This document shows, piece by piece, positions 48,896 to 59,687 of a stretch of 64,000 bases of DNA (position 1 is the stretch's first letter; every line of letters starts with the position of its first letter). Both the position numbers and the translations under genes were made by a program. A model generated the notes under the pieces. That model made no database searches. It worked only from the letters and a program-made list of their open reading frames with translations, and had not been told where the DNA came from. The stretch spans positions 2,912,001 to 2,976,000 of the forward strand of contig CAXXIA010000002.1 in NCBI GenBank assembly GCA_963666985.2. Reading direction: 5' to 3'. Source of the DNA: Spirochaetia bacterium (GTDB taxonomy: Bacteria; Spirochaetota; Spirochaetia; DSM-2461).

Positions 48896-50458
48896 ATGCG
48901 GTTCTGCGAAACAGATAAAGAAGAAAGGGGCCGATTTTCGGCTTTTAAGAAATCCGGTGATTCTTATTTTTCGGCGCTGATTCGGAATTTCGGCCAAGCG
49001 GCGTTTATGCTCGTCATGGTGTTTCTCCTCGTTCTCCCTCTGGAGGCCGGAGCGCCCCGTTACCCCAGACTGGTTCCGGGAGAAGAGGCCCAGGGCATTA
49101 TTCGGCCGTCGGCGGACGGCGGCCGCTATCGGACCTTTATTCTCGATGTGCCTCCCGATGCTTCGGCCATTCGAATCCGAATTACCGAAGCGGCCGCCGA
49201 TTTGGATCTTTTTCTGCGCTGCGGTGAAGAAATGGAGGACTATTCGGAGGCCGATTTCTTTTCCGAAGAGGAAGAATGGCTGGAGGAGCTTCTTGTCTAC
49301 AAGGTCTATGAAACTCAATTCTCTTCCGGGCGCTACTACCTTGATGTGGCTTATCAATGGGATGAAGTTCCCCGCCGCAACGGAGAGATTCAGGAAGAAG
49401 TTCCTTTTTCCCTTATTTATGATGTTATTGACGCACCTTCCTTCGCGAAGGAATTAAAACCCGATATCGATGCGGATATGACGTTGAATTCGCGCAATCT
49501 CTATCTGGCCCATTTCTTCATCGATGTTCCCAAGCGAATCCCGGCGCTGCGTTTCGATGTGCTGGACACACCGGGTGATATCGATCTTTTTCTTTCCCGG
49601 GATAATCCGGCTCCCGAGCGGGACGGATACCTGCTGATCGGTGAAACATGCCTTGGACGGGAATCCATTGTGTATAACGGTGAGGGACGTCCCATCGAGC
49701 CGGGCCGATACTGGCTGACGGTTATCGAAGCTTCGGAGAAGGATTATCCGGTACCGGTTCGAATCACGGCGGGCTTCGGAACCGAAGCTCCGCTATCCGT
49801 GCCGAGTCCTCCCAACCTCCCCATTCCTCCTTTGGGACCCGAGACGGCACGTTTGGCGACGGTGCAGCTGGTTAATGAAACAGGCATCGGTTCCGGCTGT
49901 CTCGTGAGCGGCGACGGCCTGATTATCACCAATCATCATGTTGTCGCGGACGATGAGGGTTCCATGGATTCCGAGCTTTACGTCGCGATTTCGCTGGATC
50001 CTTTCGAGGCGCCGGTGGAACTGTTCGTCGCCCAAATCGTTGAAAGTCTGCCGGAGGACGATCTGGCTCTGCTGCGGATTACCGGGGACCGCTGGGGGCG
50101 GCCTCTCCCCGAGGGGTACCGATTCCCCGCGTGGCGCATCGGAACACCCGAAACCCTGGCTCCCGGTGATGCCCTCTTGCTCATGGGATATCCCTGGATG
50201 GGGTCCGGTTTATCCCGATCGTATTTCACGCTAACGCGCGGCATCCTTTCCGGCGGGGAACGGACTCCGCGGGGAATCGTGTACAAAACGGACGCGGTTA
50301 TCGCCGGAGGCAGTTCGGGCGGAGCCGTAACCGACGGGAATTGGCGTTTGCTGGGCTTTCCCACCTTTGTCGTCAGTCAGGATTCGGCTCAGCTCAGTTA
50401 TTTTGTTCCCGTGGACCGCATCCCCCGGGGGTGGCGTGTTCTCTTCAGATATGAATAA
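48896..50458 (+). CDS. Secreted trypsin-like serine protease with two N-terminal PPC-like domains
   Basis: Repeated D.DLFL...GRY modules; GSG, TNHHVV, DLALL, GSSGG. Confidence 0.8.
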   Translation: MRFCETDKEERGRFSAFKKSGDSYFSALIRNFGQAAFMLVMVFLLVLPLEAGAPRYPRLVPGEEAQGIIRPSADGGRYRTFILDVPPDASAIRIRITEAAADLDLFLRCGEEMEDYSEADFFSEEEEWLEELLVYKVYETQFSSGRYYLDVAYQWDEVPRRNGEIQEEVPFSLIYDVIDAPSFAKELKPDIDADMTLNSRNLYLAHFFIDVPKRIPALRFDVLDTPGDIDLFLSRDNPAPERDGYLLIGETCLGRESIVYNGEGRPIEPGRYWLTVIEASEKDYPVPVRITAGFGTEAPLSVPSPPNLPIPPLGPETARLATVQLVNETGIGSGCLVSGDGLIITNHHVVADDEGSMDSELYVAISLDPFEAPVELFVAQIVESLPEDDLALLRITGDRWGRPLPEGYRFPAWRIGTPETLAPGDALLLMGYPWMGSGLSRSYFTLTRGILSGGERTPRGIVYKTDAVIAGGSSGGAVTDGNWRLLGFPTFVVSQDSAQLSYFVPVDRIPRGWRVLFRYE

Positions 50459-50479
50459 TAGGCTTTCGCGGAGAAACTC

Positions 50480-50929
50480 ATGAGATTCAGAATCTTTCCA
50501 ATTCAATTTCTGCCCGCCCTTTTTCTTTTGTGGTCCTGTGCCACCGTACCCACGGGACAAACGACGGCACTGCACCAGGCGGCCGAAACCGGTGATTTGG
50601 GAGTTCTTGAGTCGCTCATCACCAAAGAATCGGATGTGGATGCCCGGGATGAGAGGGGCCGTTCGGCGCTGCATCGAGCCGCTATTGCGGGAGATTTGAT
50701 GGCCGCCGCGGCGCTTCTGGACGCCGGCGCCGATCAGAATTGTATCGACCGGGATGGAAGAACTCCCCTGCATTACACCGTATTTTCAAGGCAGCCGGAT
50801 CTGGTGGCCATGCTTCTCGGCGCGGATGCCGATCCTTCCATCCTCGACAAGGAAGGCAAAACTCCCCTGGATTTGGCGGAGGATGCCGGATACGAGGAAA
50901 TCATTCAGACGATTCTCTCTTCGATGTAG
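50480..50929 (+). CDS. Ankyrin-repeat lipoprotein
   Basis: Lipobox LWSC; TALHQAA, SALHRAA, TPLHY, TPLDLA. Confidence 0.88.
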   Translation: MRFRIFPIQFLPALFLLWSCATVPTGQTTALHQAAETGDLGVLESLITKESDVDARDERGRSALHRAAIAGDLMAAAALLDAGADQNCIDRDGRTPLHYTVFSRQPDLVAMLLGADADPSILDKEGKTPLDLAEDAGYEEIIQTILSSM

Positions 50930-50957
50930 AGGGCTCTCGGGGACTGTGAGCCTAACC

Positions 50958-51584
50958 TCAGAGGCGTCTTTTCCTGCCGGATTTCTCCGTCTTGGATTCT
51001 TTTTGTTTCACTTCCACGCCGCCCATTAGAGCGAATCCCCGAACCTCGAGCGTCGGAGCGTTCGGTGTTCCCGAACCGGCTTTGTTTTCGAAACCGCCCA
51101 TGAGCGGAATGCCCGAAACATCGGCGTTGATTCCCGGCGGAATAATCACTTCAAGGCCGCCCATGATGCAGCCGGTGTTGATTCGAATGCCTTCACGCGG
51201 AAAATCCGCTTCCCGGAAATCCAGCTTGATGCCGCCCATCAGGGAAAAACAGGTTATCTGCCGCGCCGGCTGCCATCGTCCGGTTTTTTCCGAACCTCCC
51301 AGAACGGCGAAAAAGGATTCGCTCTCCCGGGGGATGCGGTCATTCTCGTTCCAGGTTCTTTCACTCTTTGCACCGGCGCCCGCCGACTTCCCCGCGGGAG
51401 CCGGGATATCCGCCACAAGGGCGATCAGCGTCTCTTTGTTCTCGGCTCCCGTGGCGTCTTTCAGCCGTCTTTCCAGCGTATCGACGCCGATGCGGCCGTC
51501 GGCATAGGCCTGTTTGAGCAGAGAAATCGTTTCGGCTTTAAGTTCCTCGACGCTCATCCTCTGAAAGGAATCAATAAATCCCAT
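50958..51584 (-). CDS. DUF1707 (SHOCT-like) plus LiaF-like C-terminal domain protein
   Basis: L..AYADGRI...E.RL; repeated MGG beta-motifs; GGAGG RBS. Confidence 0.75.
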   Translation of the reverse strand: MGFIDSFQRMSVEELKAETISLLKQAYADGRIGVDTLERRLKDATGAENKETLIALVADIPAPAGKSAGAGAKSERTWNENDRIPRESESFFAVLGGSEKTGRWQPARQITCFSLMGGIKLDFREADFPREGIRINTGCIMGGLEVIIPPGINADVSGIPLMGGFENKAGSGTPNAPTLEVRGFALMGGVEVKQKESKTEKSGRKRRL

Positions 51585-51810
51585 ATGTTTTCCTCCATCT
51601 TTCCTCGTGTGCATTGTACCCCGATGAAGTACAAGATGGAAACGCCGTTTATGATCGGATCGGCCGCCGCGATCGGATTTTGACGAGTATGCGATAGTTT
51701 ATTTTAACGGGGATCGGTCCGGCTGAACTTCGCCGGGGACTCATTCTAATAACGTTCGGCGGTCCGGAAACCGGCCGAACATCAGGAGATACTCAATTAC
51801 TCATCAGCCG

Positions 51811-54213
51811 CTACTCTTTTGCCGCTTCGAGCCTTTTCGCCGTTTTCGGGAGCGCCAGGGCGATAACGTCCCGCAGTTCCGAAACGGGATGGAAGGTGAT
51901 GCCCTTTTTCACATGTTCCGGGATTTCCTCAAGATCGCGGAGGTTGGCTTCCGGAATGATGACGTTCTTTATTCCGTGGCGCCGTGCCGCAATGGTTTTC
52001 TCTTTCAGTCCTCCGATGGCCAGAACCTTCCCCGTCAGGCTCAGCTCTCCGGTCATGGCCAGTCCCGCTTTAATGCGTTCACCCGCGGCCAAGGAGAGGA
52101 GGGCTGTGGTCATGGTGATGCCGGCCGAAGGACCGTCTTTGGGTGTGGCGCCTTCCGGGATATGAAGATGAACCTCATGCTTTTCGAAGAAGTCCGAAGG
52201 CTCTTCTTTCCCTTCGGAGAATTCGTTTGAGCCGATGATTTTCTTTGCCCGCGTATAGGCGATGGCCGCCGATTCCTTCATCACATCGCCCATTTGGCCG
52301 GTGAGTTTAAGATGCCCTTTCCCTTTTACGGCGTCGGCCTCTATAACCAGAACGTCTCCGCCCATGTTGGTCCAGGCCAGCCCCAGGGCCATGCCCGGCA
52401 GTTCCGCTTTTTTCAGACCGTCTTCCCTGAAATAGGGTTTTTTCAGGTACTCCTCAAGAGTGTCGGCGGTGATGCGGATGGGAAGTTTCTCTTTTCCTTC
52501 CACAACCGTCCTGGCCACTTTCCTGTGAATGCGGTCGACGGCTTTTTCATACGTCCGCATTCCCGCGTCCCGGGCATATCCTTCGGCAATGGCTTTGAGA
52601 GTTGTCGCGTTATAGCGGATTTGACCCTTTTTGAGGCCATGTTTCTTCAAGCTTTTCGGGATGAGGTAGCGCTTGGCGATTTCGACTTTTTCTTCAACGA
52701 CATACCCCGAGAGCCGAATCATTTCCATGCGGTCGAGCAGCGGCCTCGGGATGCTGTCCAAGGTATTCGCCGTGGCGATGAAAACCACGTGGGACAAATC
52801 GAAAGGCAAATCAAGGTAATGATCCCGGAAACTGATGTTCTGTTCCGGATCGAGGACTTCCAGGAGCGCCGAGGACGGATCGCCCTGGTAACTGCTGCCG
52901 AGCTTGTCGATTTCATCGATCATGAACACGGGGGCTCGGGATTTCACGATTTTCATGCCTTGAAGAATCTTTCCGGGCATGGCCCCGACATAGGTGCGCC
53001 GGTGCCCCTTAATTTCGGCCTCGTCCCGCATGCCTCCGACGGAAAAACGAAAAAACGGCCGTCCCATGGAGCGGGCGACGGATTTTCCAATGGAAGTTTT
53101 GCCTACGCCCGGGGGGCCCACCAGAAGAATGATGGAGCCCTTTGAGTCTTGTTTCAGCTTGCGCACCGCGAGGTATTCGAGGATGCGCTCTTTCACGTCT
53201 TCCAGACCGTAATGGTCTTCTTCCAGGATTTCCGAAGCCGCTTTCATGTCGATTTCGTCCGCTTTGGGTTCGGCCCAGGGCAGAGAAACAATCCAGTCGA
53301 GATAGCTGCGGGTAACGATGTATTCGCTGGAGGAAGGCTCCATCACCTGGAATTTATCCAGTTCGCGTTCCACCTGTTCGGCGATTTCCCCTTCGAATTC
53401 GAAGGCGTCGATGGCTTCTTTGAATTTCTGATATTCACTGGAACGGGCGTCGGTGGGCTCGCCCAGTTCTTTTTTTATTGCTTTTAATTCTTCCCGAAGA
53501 AAGTAGTCCCGCTGGCTTTTTTCAATTTTCTCGTTGATTTCCCCGGCGATGCGCTTTTGGATTTTGGCCAGTTCGTGCTCTTTTTTGATGTAAACGAGCA
53601 CCATCTCCATGCGTTTCTTCACATCCAGCGTTTCGAGGATTTCCTGCTGCTTTTCCCTGTCCACATTGAGGATGCTGGTAATGAAATCCGCGATTTTTCC
53701 CGGATTATCGATATTCACCATGTTCAGCCTCATTTCTTCGGAGAACATGGGATTATCCTCGCTGATCTGCTTCATTTCGGTCAAAAGCGCCCGAGTATAC
53801 GCTTTCAGTTCCTTATCGTCGGGATCGTAGTCGTCGTCCAGGTAGTCGACAACGGCGGAGTAAGGGCTTACTTCGTTAAGGATTTTAATGGTTTTGAAGC
53901 GCCGAAGAGTGCTGATAAAGATATTGATTCCGCCGTCGGGCAGGTTGATGCGTTTGACGATTTTCGCGGCCGTTCCTATGGAGTGCAGTTCTTCGGGCAT
54001 GGGAGAATCCGCACCGGGATCGGTGGTGAGCACCAAACCGACGACTTTATTGGTTTCCATCGCCTTATCGATAACGGCAATGTCTTCGGCCCCGGTGATC
54101 ATTATGGGTGTGAAAATTCCGGGAAAAATCGGTTTTCCCTGGAGCGGAACGACATAAATGTTCTGCGGCAGTATTTCCGCCGCCGAGATGACTTGGTTGT
54201 TTTCATCGGACAT
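51811..54213 (-). CDS. lon: Lon protease
   Basis: DHYGL, GPPGVGKT, GHRRTYVGAMPG, DEIDK, PKDGPSAG, IGGLKEK. Confidence 0.97.
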   Translation of the reverse strand: MSDENNQVISAAEILPQNIYVVPLQGKPIFPGIFTPIMITGAEDIAVIDKAMETNKVVGLVLTTDPGADSPMPEELHSIGTAAKIVKRINLPDGGINIFISTLRRFKTIKILNEVSPYSAVVDYLDDDYDPDDKELKAYTRALLTEMKQISEDNPMFSEEMRLNMVNIDNPGKIADFITSILNVDREKQQEILETLDVKKRMEMVLVYIKKEHELAKIQKRIAGEINEKIEKSQRDYFLREELKAIKKELGEPTDARSSEYQKFKEAIDAFEFEGEIAEQVERELDKFQVMEPSSSEYIVTRSYLDWIVSLPWAEPKADEIDMKAASEILEEDHYGLEDVKERILEYLAVRKLKQDSKGSIILLVGPPGVGKTSIGKSVARSMGRPFFRFSVGGMRDEAEIKGHRRTYVGAMPGKILQGMKIVKSRAPVFMIDEIDKLGSSYQGDPSSALLEVLDPEQNISFRDHYLDLPFDLSHVVFIATANTLDSIPRPLLDRMEMIRLSGYVVEEKVEIAKRYLIPKSLKKHGLKKGQIRYNATTLKAIAEGYARDAGMRTYEKAVDRIHRKVARTVVEGKEKLPIRITADTLEEYLKKPYFREDGLKKAELPGMALGLAWTNMGGDVLVIEADAVKGKGHLKLTGQMGDVMKESAAIAYTRAKKIIGSNEFSEGKEEPSDFFEKHEVHLHIPEGATPKDGPSAGITMTTALLSLAAGERIKAGLAMTGELSLTGKVLAIGGLKEKTIAARRHGIKNVIIPEANLRDLEEIPEHVKKGITFHPVSELRDVIALALPKTAKRLEAAKE

Positions 54214-54478
54214 GTTCTAAAAATAAGCCGTTAGAGGTAACGGGGCAAACCGAAAAATCAGGAAGGATTGGAAAAGCGGGCATTCCGAAGCACCGAAGCC
54301 TTTCAAAAGGGTTTTTCGGAGGCCTCCGATACTCTTTAAGCGGCGATTCTATTCTTTTCGGCCCGATTTTTTTCTCCGGTTTGGACGAATGCATCACGGC
54401 CGGCTTTTGCCCGGCGGCGTTTTCGTCTTATGAAGTCCCCCTCTTGCCGAGCCGCCTTCTACACGACATCATCACCCC

Positions 54479-55225
54479 ATGACCCGCGACATCAAGGCAC
54501 CGGCACTCATTCTTAAGATGAATCCCGTAGGTGAAAATCATCGGGGGATTTCCATGCTGGTGAGCGGCGAAGGGCTCCTTCGTCCTTTCGCTTATGGGGC
54601 TCAAGGGAAGCGCAGCGTTCTTCGCGGAACCGCCGTGCCCTATAATCGCGGCATCGCGGATCTGCATTTCGACGGGACAAAGAGCCGATGGCGCTTAACC
54701 GCTTTCGATCCCGAAAACACCCATGACGGCCTTCGTGAAGATTTGGACCGGTTTTATACGGCAACCACCTGGGCGGAGATTTTGCTCGGAACACACGGCG
54801 GAGGCGGGGAATCGGCCGAACTTTTCGAACTCGCCGCCGATGCTTTCAGGCTGCTTTCCGATTGCGTTCCCAAGGATCGGATGCGGCTGGATGTCGGTTT
54901 TCTCTGGCGTTTTCTTGAAATCGAAGGCGTCCGGCCCGATCCGCTGCACTGCGGTCAATGCGGGCGTGCATTACCCCTCGGCGGATCGGCCTCTCCGGCC
55001 CGGTTTCGTTCCGACGGATTCTTGCTCGGCCCCTGCTGCTGTGAAGGCCGGGGAGAGGAACTCTCCGACGGCGCCCGGCGCTGGCTGGAGGCCGTGAGCG
55101 GCAATGAACTTGAAGCGTCTCTGTTCATAGGACTGCCGCCGTCCGCCGTCTCTTCCGCCCGTCACTGGCTGGTGGTTCTGATTCAGACAATGCTGGAGCG
55201 TCCTCTTCGAAGTCTTCGAATCTAG
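54479..55225 (+). CDS. recO: DNA repair protein RecO
   Basis: N-terminal OB fold (GE....L...G...AYGA) and CGQC..CPCC zinc finger. Confidence 0.8.
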   Translation: MTRDIKAPALILKMNPVGENHRGISMLVSGEGLLRPFAYGAQGKRSVLRGTAVPYNRGIADLHFDGTKSRWRLTAFDPENTHDGLREDLDRFYTATTWAEILLGTHGGGGESAELFELAADAFRLLSDCVPKDRMRLDVGFLWRFLEIEGVRPDPLHCGQCGRALPLGGSASPARFRSDGFLLGPCCCEGRGEELSDGARRWLEAVSGNELEASLFIGLPPSAVSSARHWLVVLIQTMLERPLRSLRI

Positions 55226-55423
55226 CAAAAAACCGGTGCGAACTAAGAGAAGCCGGCATATTTATGCGATGAACTCCGGAAGAGCTCGGGGGACAGGGAT
55301 AAAACCAACTCATCGGACACAGGCCCTTTCCTGAGTGATGATGAACGACATCAACAAGGAGCTTCAATTTCGACTCTTAGAGAAAGCTGCTTGATAGAGT
55401 GGATGTGGAATTTCAAACAGCCC

Positions 55424-56656
55424 TTAATCGGAAAGATCTTCGCGGATTCGTAATGCCGGTTTGAAAGCGGGATCTATCCGGAGTACCGTATCGCAGTCGG
55501 CCGCCGCACTCTCCCTGTCGCCTGCGGCCAGGGCTGTTTCGGCCCGAGCGGTGAGGTATTCCAGGTTGTAGGGATCGGAACGTATGCACGCTTCCAGGTC
55601 GCGGTACGCTTCTTCGAAATGTCCGTCCAGCCGGGACTGGACCGCCCGATAGTAGCGGGCTTTGGAGTGTCCCGGATCCAAACGGAGGGCCTGATCGAAA
55701 TCCGCCGCCGCTTCGGCGGTCCCGCCTTGGGAGAAGAACGCCATGCCCCGGTGAACCAGGATGATGGATCGGATGCGGGTTTCAAGTTCTCTTTCGAGAA
55801 TCTCCGAATAGATCGCGATGGCCTTTTCATACCGTCCTTCGTTATGCAGCAGGAGCCCCTGAAGGAGGAGGGCGTCGATTGTATTTTTGGACGGATCGGC
55901 CGAGATTTCGGGCGTCTGTGTAGAGCGGCGGTGATTCTCATCATCTTGGCCGCCGTTCGTACGAATCAGCTTGTAAAAGTCCCAGCTCCGTTTTTTTAAT
56001 GCGGTATGGAGATCTTTCTGATAGTCCCGGATTTCCTGAAACATGATGTCCGAAAGAGTCAGGTTCGCGTTCAGCGCCGCCAGCTTCCGCCTAAGGGGTT
56101 TGTCCAGCGGAGAGAATTCCGATTTATAGACAAGTTCGTGTTCCACTTCCGCCCAGGCTTCCTGAAGAATCGTCCGTATCTGTATTTCGCATACCGGTTT
56201 TTTGGGGAAGAATTCCGGGATTGGTTTCGACGGAAGAAATCCCGGCGGCACATCGATGAGAAAATGTTCCGATTCATAACCGAAATGACCGGATGCGTAA
56301 TCCGCGCCCTTAATTTCCCGTTCCCTCACGGTGAAAATCTCTTGGAGCATCAGTGAAACCTGGTTCACCTCCTCTAAAAAGGGACAGACAATCCGAATCC
56401 CCAGCACATCGGTAATCCGCAGGTGCCGGTCCGCCGAATCACAAGATTCCTCCGGTACGCGGTGAAGGAGTTTTTTATACCAGCTGGAAAAGTCTTTGAC
56501 CCGATACCGAAGGGTTGCCGACAGATTGTTTCCGGCGGCCGCCGCACGGATGGATTTAACCAGTTTCTCCAGGACTTCTTCGTAGAATGGCGCGCATGCG
56601 GCGTATCGCTTTTCCAGATCTCCCATGGACGGGAGAGGAAACGAGATTTTCATCAT
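55424..56656 (-). CDS. Small alarmone ((p)ppGpp) synthetase with C-terminal TPR repeats
   Basis: RVKDF.S..KK, D.LGIRIV, GYESEH, EIQIRT..QEAWAEVEH; TPR motifs. Confidence 0.88.
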   Translation of the reverse strand: MMKISFPLPSMGDLEKRYAACAPFYEEVLEKLVKSIRAAAAGNNLSATLRYRVKDFSSWYKKLLHRVPEESCDSADRHLRITDVLGIRIVCPFLEEVNQVSLMLQEIFTVREREIKGADYASGHFGYESEHFLIDVPPGFLPSKPIPEFFPKKPVCEIQIRTILQEAWAEVEHELVYKSEFSPLDKPLRRKLAALNANLTLSDIMFQEIRDYQKDLHTALKKRSWDFYKLIRTNGGQDDENHRRSTQTPEISADPSKNTIDALLLQGLLLHNEGRYEKAIAIYSEILERELETRIRSIILVHRGMAFFSQGGTAEAAADFDQALRLDPGHSKARYYRAVQSRLDGHFEEAYRDLEACIRSDPYNLEYLTARAETALAAGDRESAAADCDTVLRIDPAFKPALRIREDLSD

Positions 56657-56767
56657 AAGAATACTGTACAATAAAATCGCTTTGAACGGAGCCTCGGATT
56701 AAAGCTTTCGGCCTTCGTATTCGGCCTTCGGGCGCCTCGCGGAAGCGGCGGGGAAAGAGCGAAAAAG

Positions 56768-57460
56768 CTATGGCTGTTTGGGAATCGGCCGCACCCATAT
56801 ATTCGAGGCGATTTCCAGTGAAAGCGAAACCATGCCGTATACCCCGGACACCGCCACGGTGCCGGTTCCTTCTATCCGTTCCAGCCTCAGACGCTTCCCC
56901 GGACTGATGCCCGCCTTCTCCAGAGCTCGAAGGAGTTCCGGGCTTCGATCGGGAATACGGATCAGCACCGCTTCACACTCCCTCATCAAAGTGTTCAGTG
57001 GCACCTCTCCTTCGGATTCGGAGAACCGCAAATCCTTATCCGGGATTAAACCTCCGTGGGGATCGCGCAGGGGACGGCCCAGAAAATCCCAAAGCCTGTT
57101 GATAACCGTATCGGAAACCCCGTGTTCCATGCACTGAGCTTCTTCATGAACCACCGACCAGTCCATTCCCAAACTTTCCACCAGGAAGGTTTCCAGCACG
57201 CGATGACGCCTGAGGGTTCGAAGGGCGATACCGCGTCCTTTCTCGGTAAGAGTGCACCCTTTTCGCGGCTCATACACCGTCAGTCCGTCTGTGGTGAGAC
57301 GCTGAACCATGGTGGTGACCGTTCCGGGAGTCAGCGAGAGGGTTTCGGCGACCAGCCCCATGGGCGCCAAATCCGTATTCCCGGCCTGGAGAACTTCCAA
57401 GATGGCCTTGAGGTAATCTTCCGCGGTTGAAGAATGAACCGGAGCCTTTTTCTTCCTCAT
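56768..57460 (-). CDS. troR: DtxR/MntR-family metal-dependent repressor with FeoA-like domain
   Basis: EDYLKAI, RRHR.LETFL, HEEA..MEH, DPHG..IP. Confidence 0.88.
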   Translation of the reverse strand: MRKKKAPVHSSTAEDYLKAILEVLQAGNTDLAPMGLVAETLSLTPGTVTTMVQRLTTDGLTVYEPRKGCTLTEKGRGIALRTLRRHRVLETFLVESLGMDWSVVHEEAQCMEHGVSDTVINRLWDFLGRPLRDPHGGLIPDKDLRFSESEGEVPLNTLMRECEAVLIRIPDRSPELLRALEKAGISPGKRLRLERIEGTGTVAVSGVYGMVSLSLEIASNIWVRPIPKQP

Positions 57461-58574
57461 CCGACCATGGCTTCTCGGGCCAGAGAAACACCCTCGTCCG
57501 TCAGCAGAAGCAGCGAGTTTCGTTCCCGTATCAGATTCCGGCGTACGGCGCTCTTCACCACCTTTTCCGCGAATGATTCGGACCAGGCGATATGCTTTGT
57601 CAGATGATCCCGGAGGCACTCAACCTCGTCATTTTCGCCCTCTCCGCAGTCGCTGTGGTGGCTTAAATGAACAATCAGCATCCGAATCCCCAAATCCAGC
57701 TTTTGTTCGTTGCGCAGCAGTTTTTGAGACAATAAACCGCGGATCGGAGCGAAAATGAGTACCAGGGTGAAGGCGATTCCGCAGAACGTTGCCATGGAGC
57801 CGGCGATGGACACGTCCAGCGCGGCGGCCGCGCCGTATCCGAAGGCGGCGGAAAAAGCTCCGATAAGGGCGGCCAGCATCAGCATGATTTCGAGCCTGCG
57901 GGTCAGCAGGGAAGCCGCCGCGGCCGGAGCGATCATCAGCGCCACGACAAGAATGGATCCGACGCTGTCGAAGGCACCCACCACGGTAATGCTCACCATG
58001 GCCATCAATCCGTAATGAAGGAGGCCCGGTCTGAAACCCTGGGCCTGGGCCAGCCCGGAATCGAAAGTGGAAAGCTTCAATTCCTTAAAGAAGACGAGAA
58101 TGAGGACCAGGTTCAGAATCAAAATGGTTCCCATGGACCAAAGACTCCGGGGCCCCAAGTCGTAACCGTTCACGACGAAGCGGTCGAAAGGCGCGAAGGC
58201 CAATTCGCCGAGCAGAACCGCATCGGTATCCAGATGGACATTCCCGGCGTGCCGGGAAACGAGGATAACGCCGATGCTGAAAAGTACCGGGAACACCAAA
58301 CCGATGGCCGCATCTTCTTTTACCAAGCGGGTTCGGGTTTAAAAGTTCGGTAAACCAAGCGGTAAAGAGGCCGGCCAAAACAGCACCGAGCATCAACAGC
58401 GGCGAGGAAATATTTTCAGTCAGGAAGAATCCTAAAAACAATCCCCGGAAGAACAGCATGACTGATGGCATCGCTGATGAGAGCCCGTTTGCGCAGCAGC
58501 AGAAACGTTCCGGGCAGGGCGCAGGCTACGGCGACCACGACGGCGATAAGAAGAATCTCAAGATGGGCGTTCAT
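57457..58574 (-). CDS. troD: Mn/Zn/Fe ABC permease (two +1 frameshifts)
   Basis: DAISHA.LPG, KEDAAIG, HLDTDAVLLGE, KELKLSTFD across three frames; span is 3n+2. Confidence 0.85.
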
Positions 58575-59687
58575 ACGGTACCTCCCCGCATGTTTTCGGC
58601 ATAATCCCGTCCCTCGGGCGTCAGAGCAAATCGGCCCTGTTTGTCCCTGCTGACCAATCCTCTTCCTCGAAGCGCTTCGAGTCCTCCGTCCACGCTTCTG
58701 GGACGCTCGGGAACGAGCACCCTTAGGGTTTTCAGACTGTGGGGATGATCGAAACTGTCGTGGTTCATCGCCAGTTTCCAGAGTCCTTCGAGGATTTTAT
58801 CCGCCGCGTAGGTTTTGCGGTTTCTCGCCCGGAGAATTAATCGGGAGATCAGCCCCCTTCCGGGAGCAAGCAGAATGGACAGTCCGGAAACGGCCCCCAA
58901 GGCGAGCACGATGGCCGGACCGGTGGGCAGTTTTGAAACAAAACTGGAAAAAAGAGCTCCGGTAATACCGGCCGCGGCCCCGATGATTCCGCTCAATACC
59001 ACAATGGTTTCCAGACGGTTCGTCCACTGTCGGGCCGAGGCGGCGGGAGCCACCACCATAGCGCTCATAAGAACCACACCTACGGTCTGTAGGCCGATAA
59101 CAACGGCGGCGACGATAAGAAACGTTAATAAGTATTCCAGTTTTCGAGCCGGGAAGCCCTGAGATGACGTGTAGTCCGGATCGAAAGAGAGTATTTTGAA
59201 TTCTTTCCAGAAGATAATCATCAAAAGAAGAGCAAGTGCGCCGACAACGCTCATGGCGATAATATCTTCGGTCATCAGAGTCGCCGCCTGGCCGAAAAGG
59301 AATTTATCCAGACCGGCTTTAGCCGCCGTGGGCATCCTTTGGATTTTTGAAAGCAGCACCAGACCGAATCCAAAAAAGACGCTGAGGATGATTCCTTGAG
59401 CGCCGTCTTCGTGAATGGCTGTTTTTCCTGTAATGAGGAGAATCATCCATGTTCCCAGCCAGCCGGCCAGAGCCGCTCCGATAAGCAGGATAAAGGGGGG
59501 CTTTGCTTCCGGTGATGATAAAAGCCAGAGCAATTCCCGGCAGGGCCGCATGCGACATAGAGTCGCCCAGAAGGCTCCGCTGGCGGAGAACCGCAAAGCT
59601 GCCCAGGGTTCCTGACACAATCCCTAAGACCGCGGATCCCAACACCACGTTCCGTAGCGTGTAATCCGAAAAGATTTGTTGAATCAT
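58571..59687 (-). CDS. troC: Mn/Zn/Fe ABC permease (one +1 frameshift)
   Basis: SLLGD..SHAALPG, FLFGQAA, KEFK..SFD, LPTGP; span is 3n+1. Confidence 0.85.
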
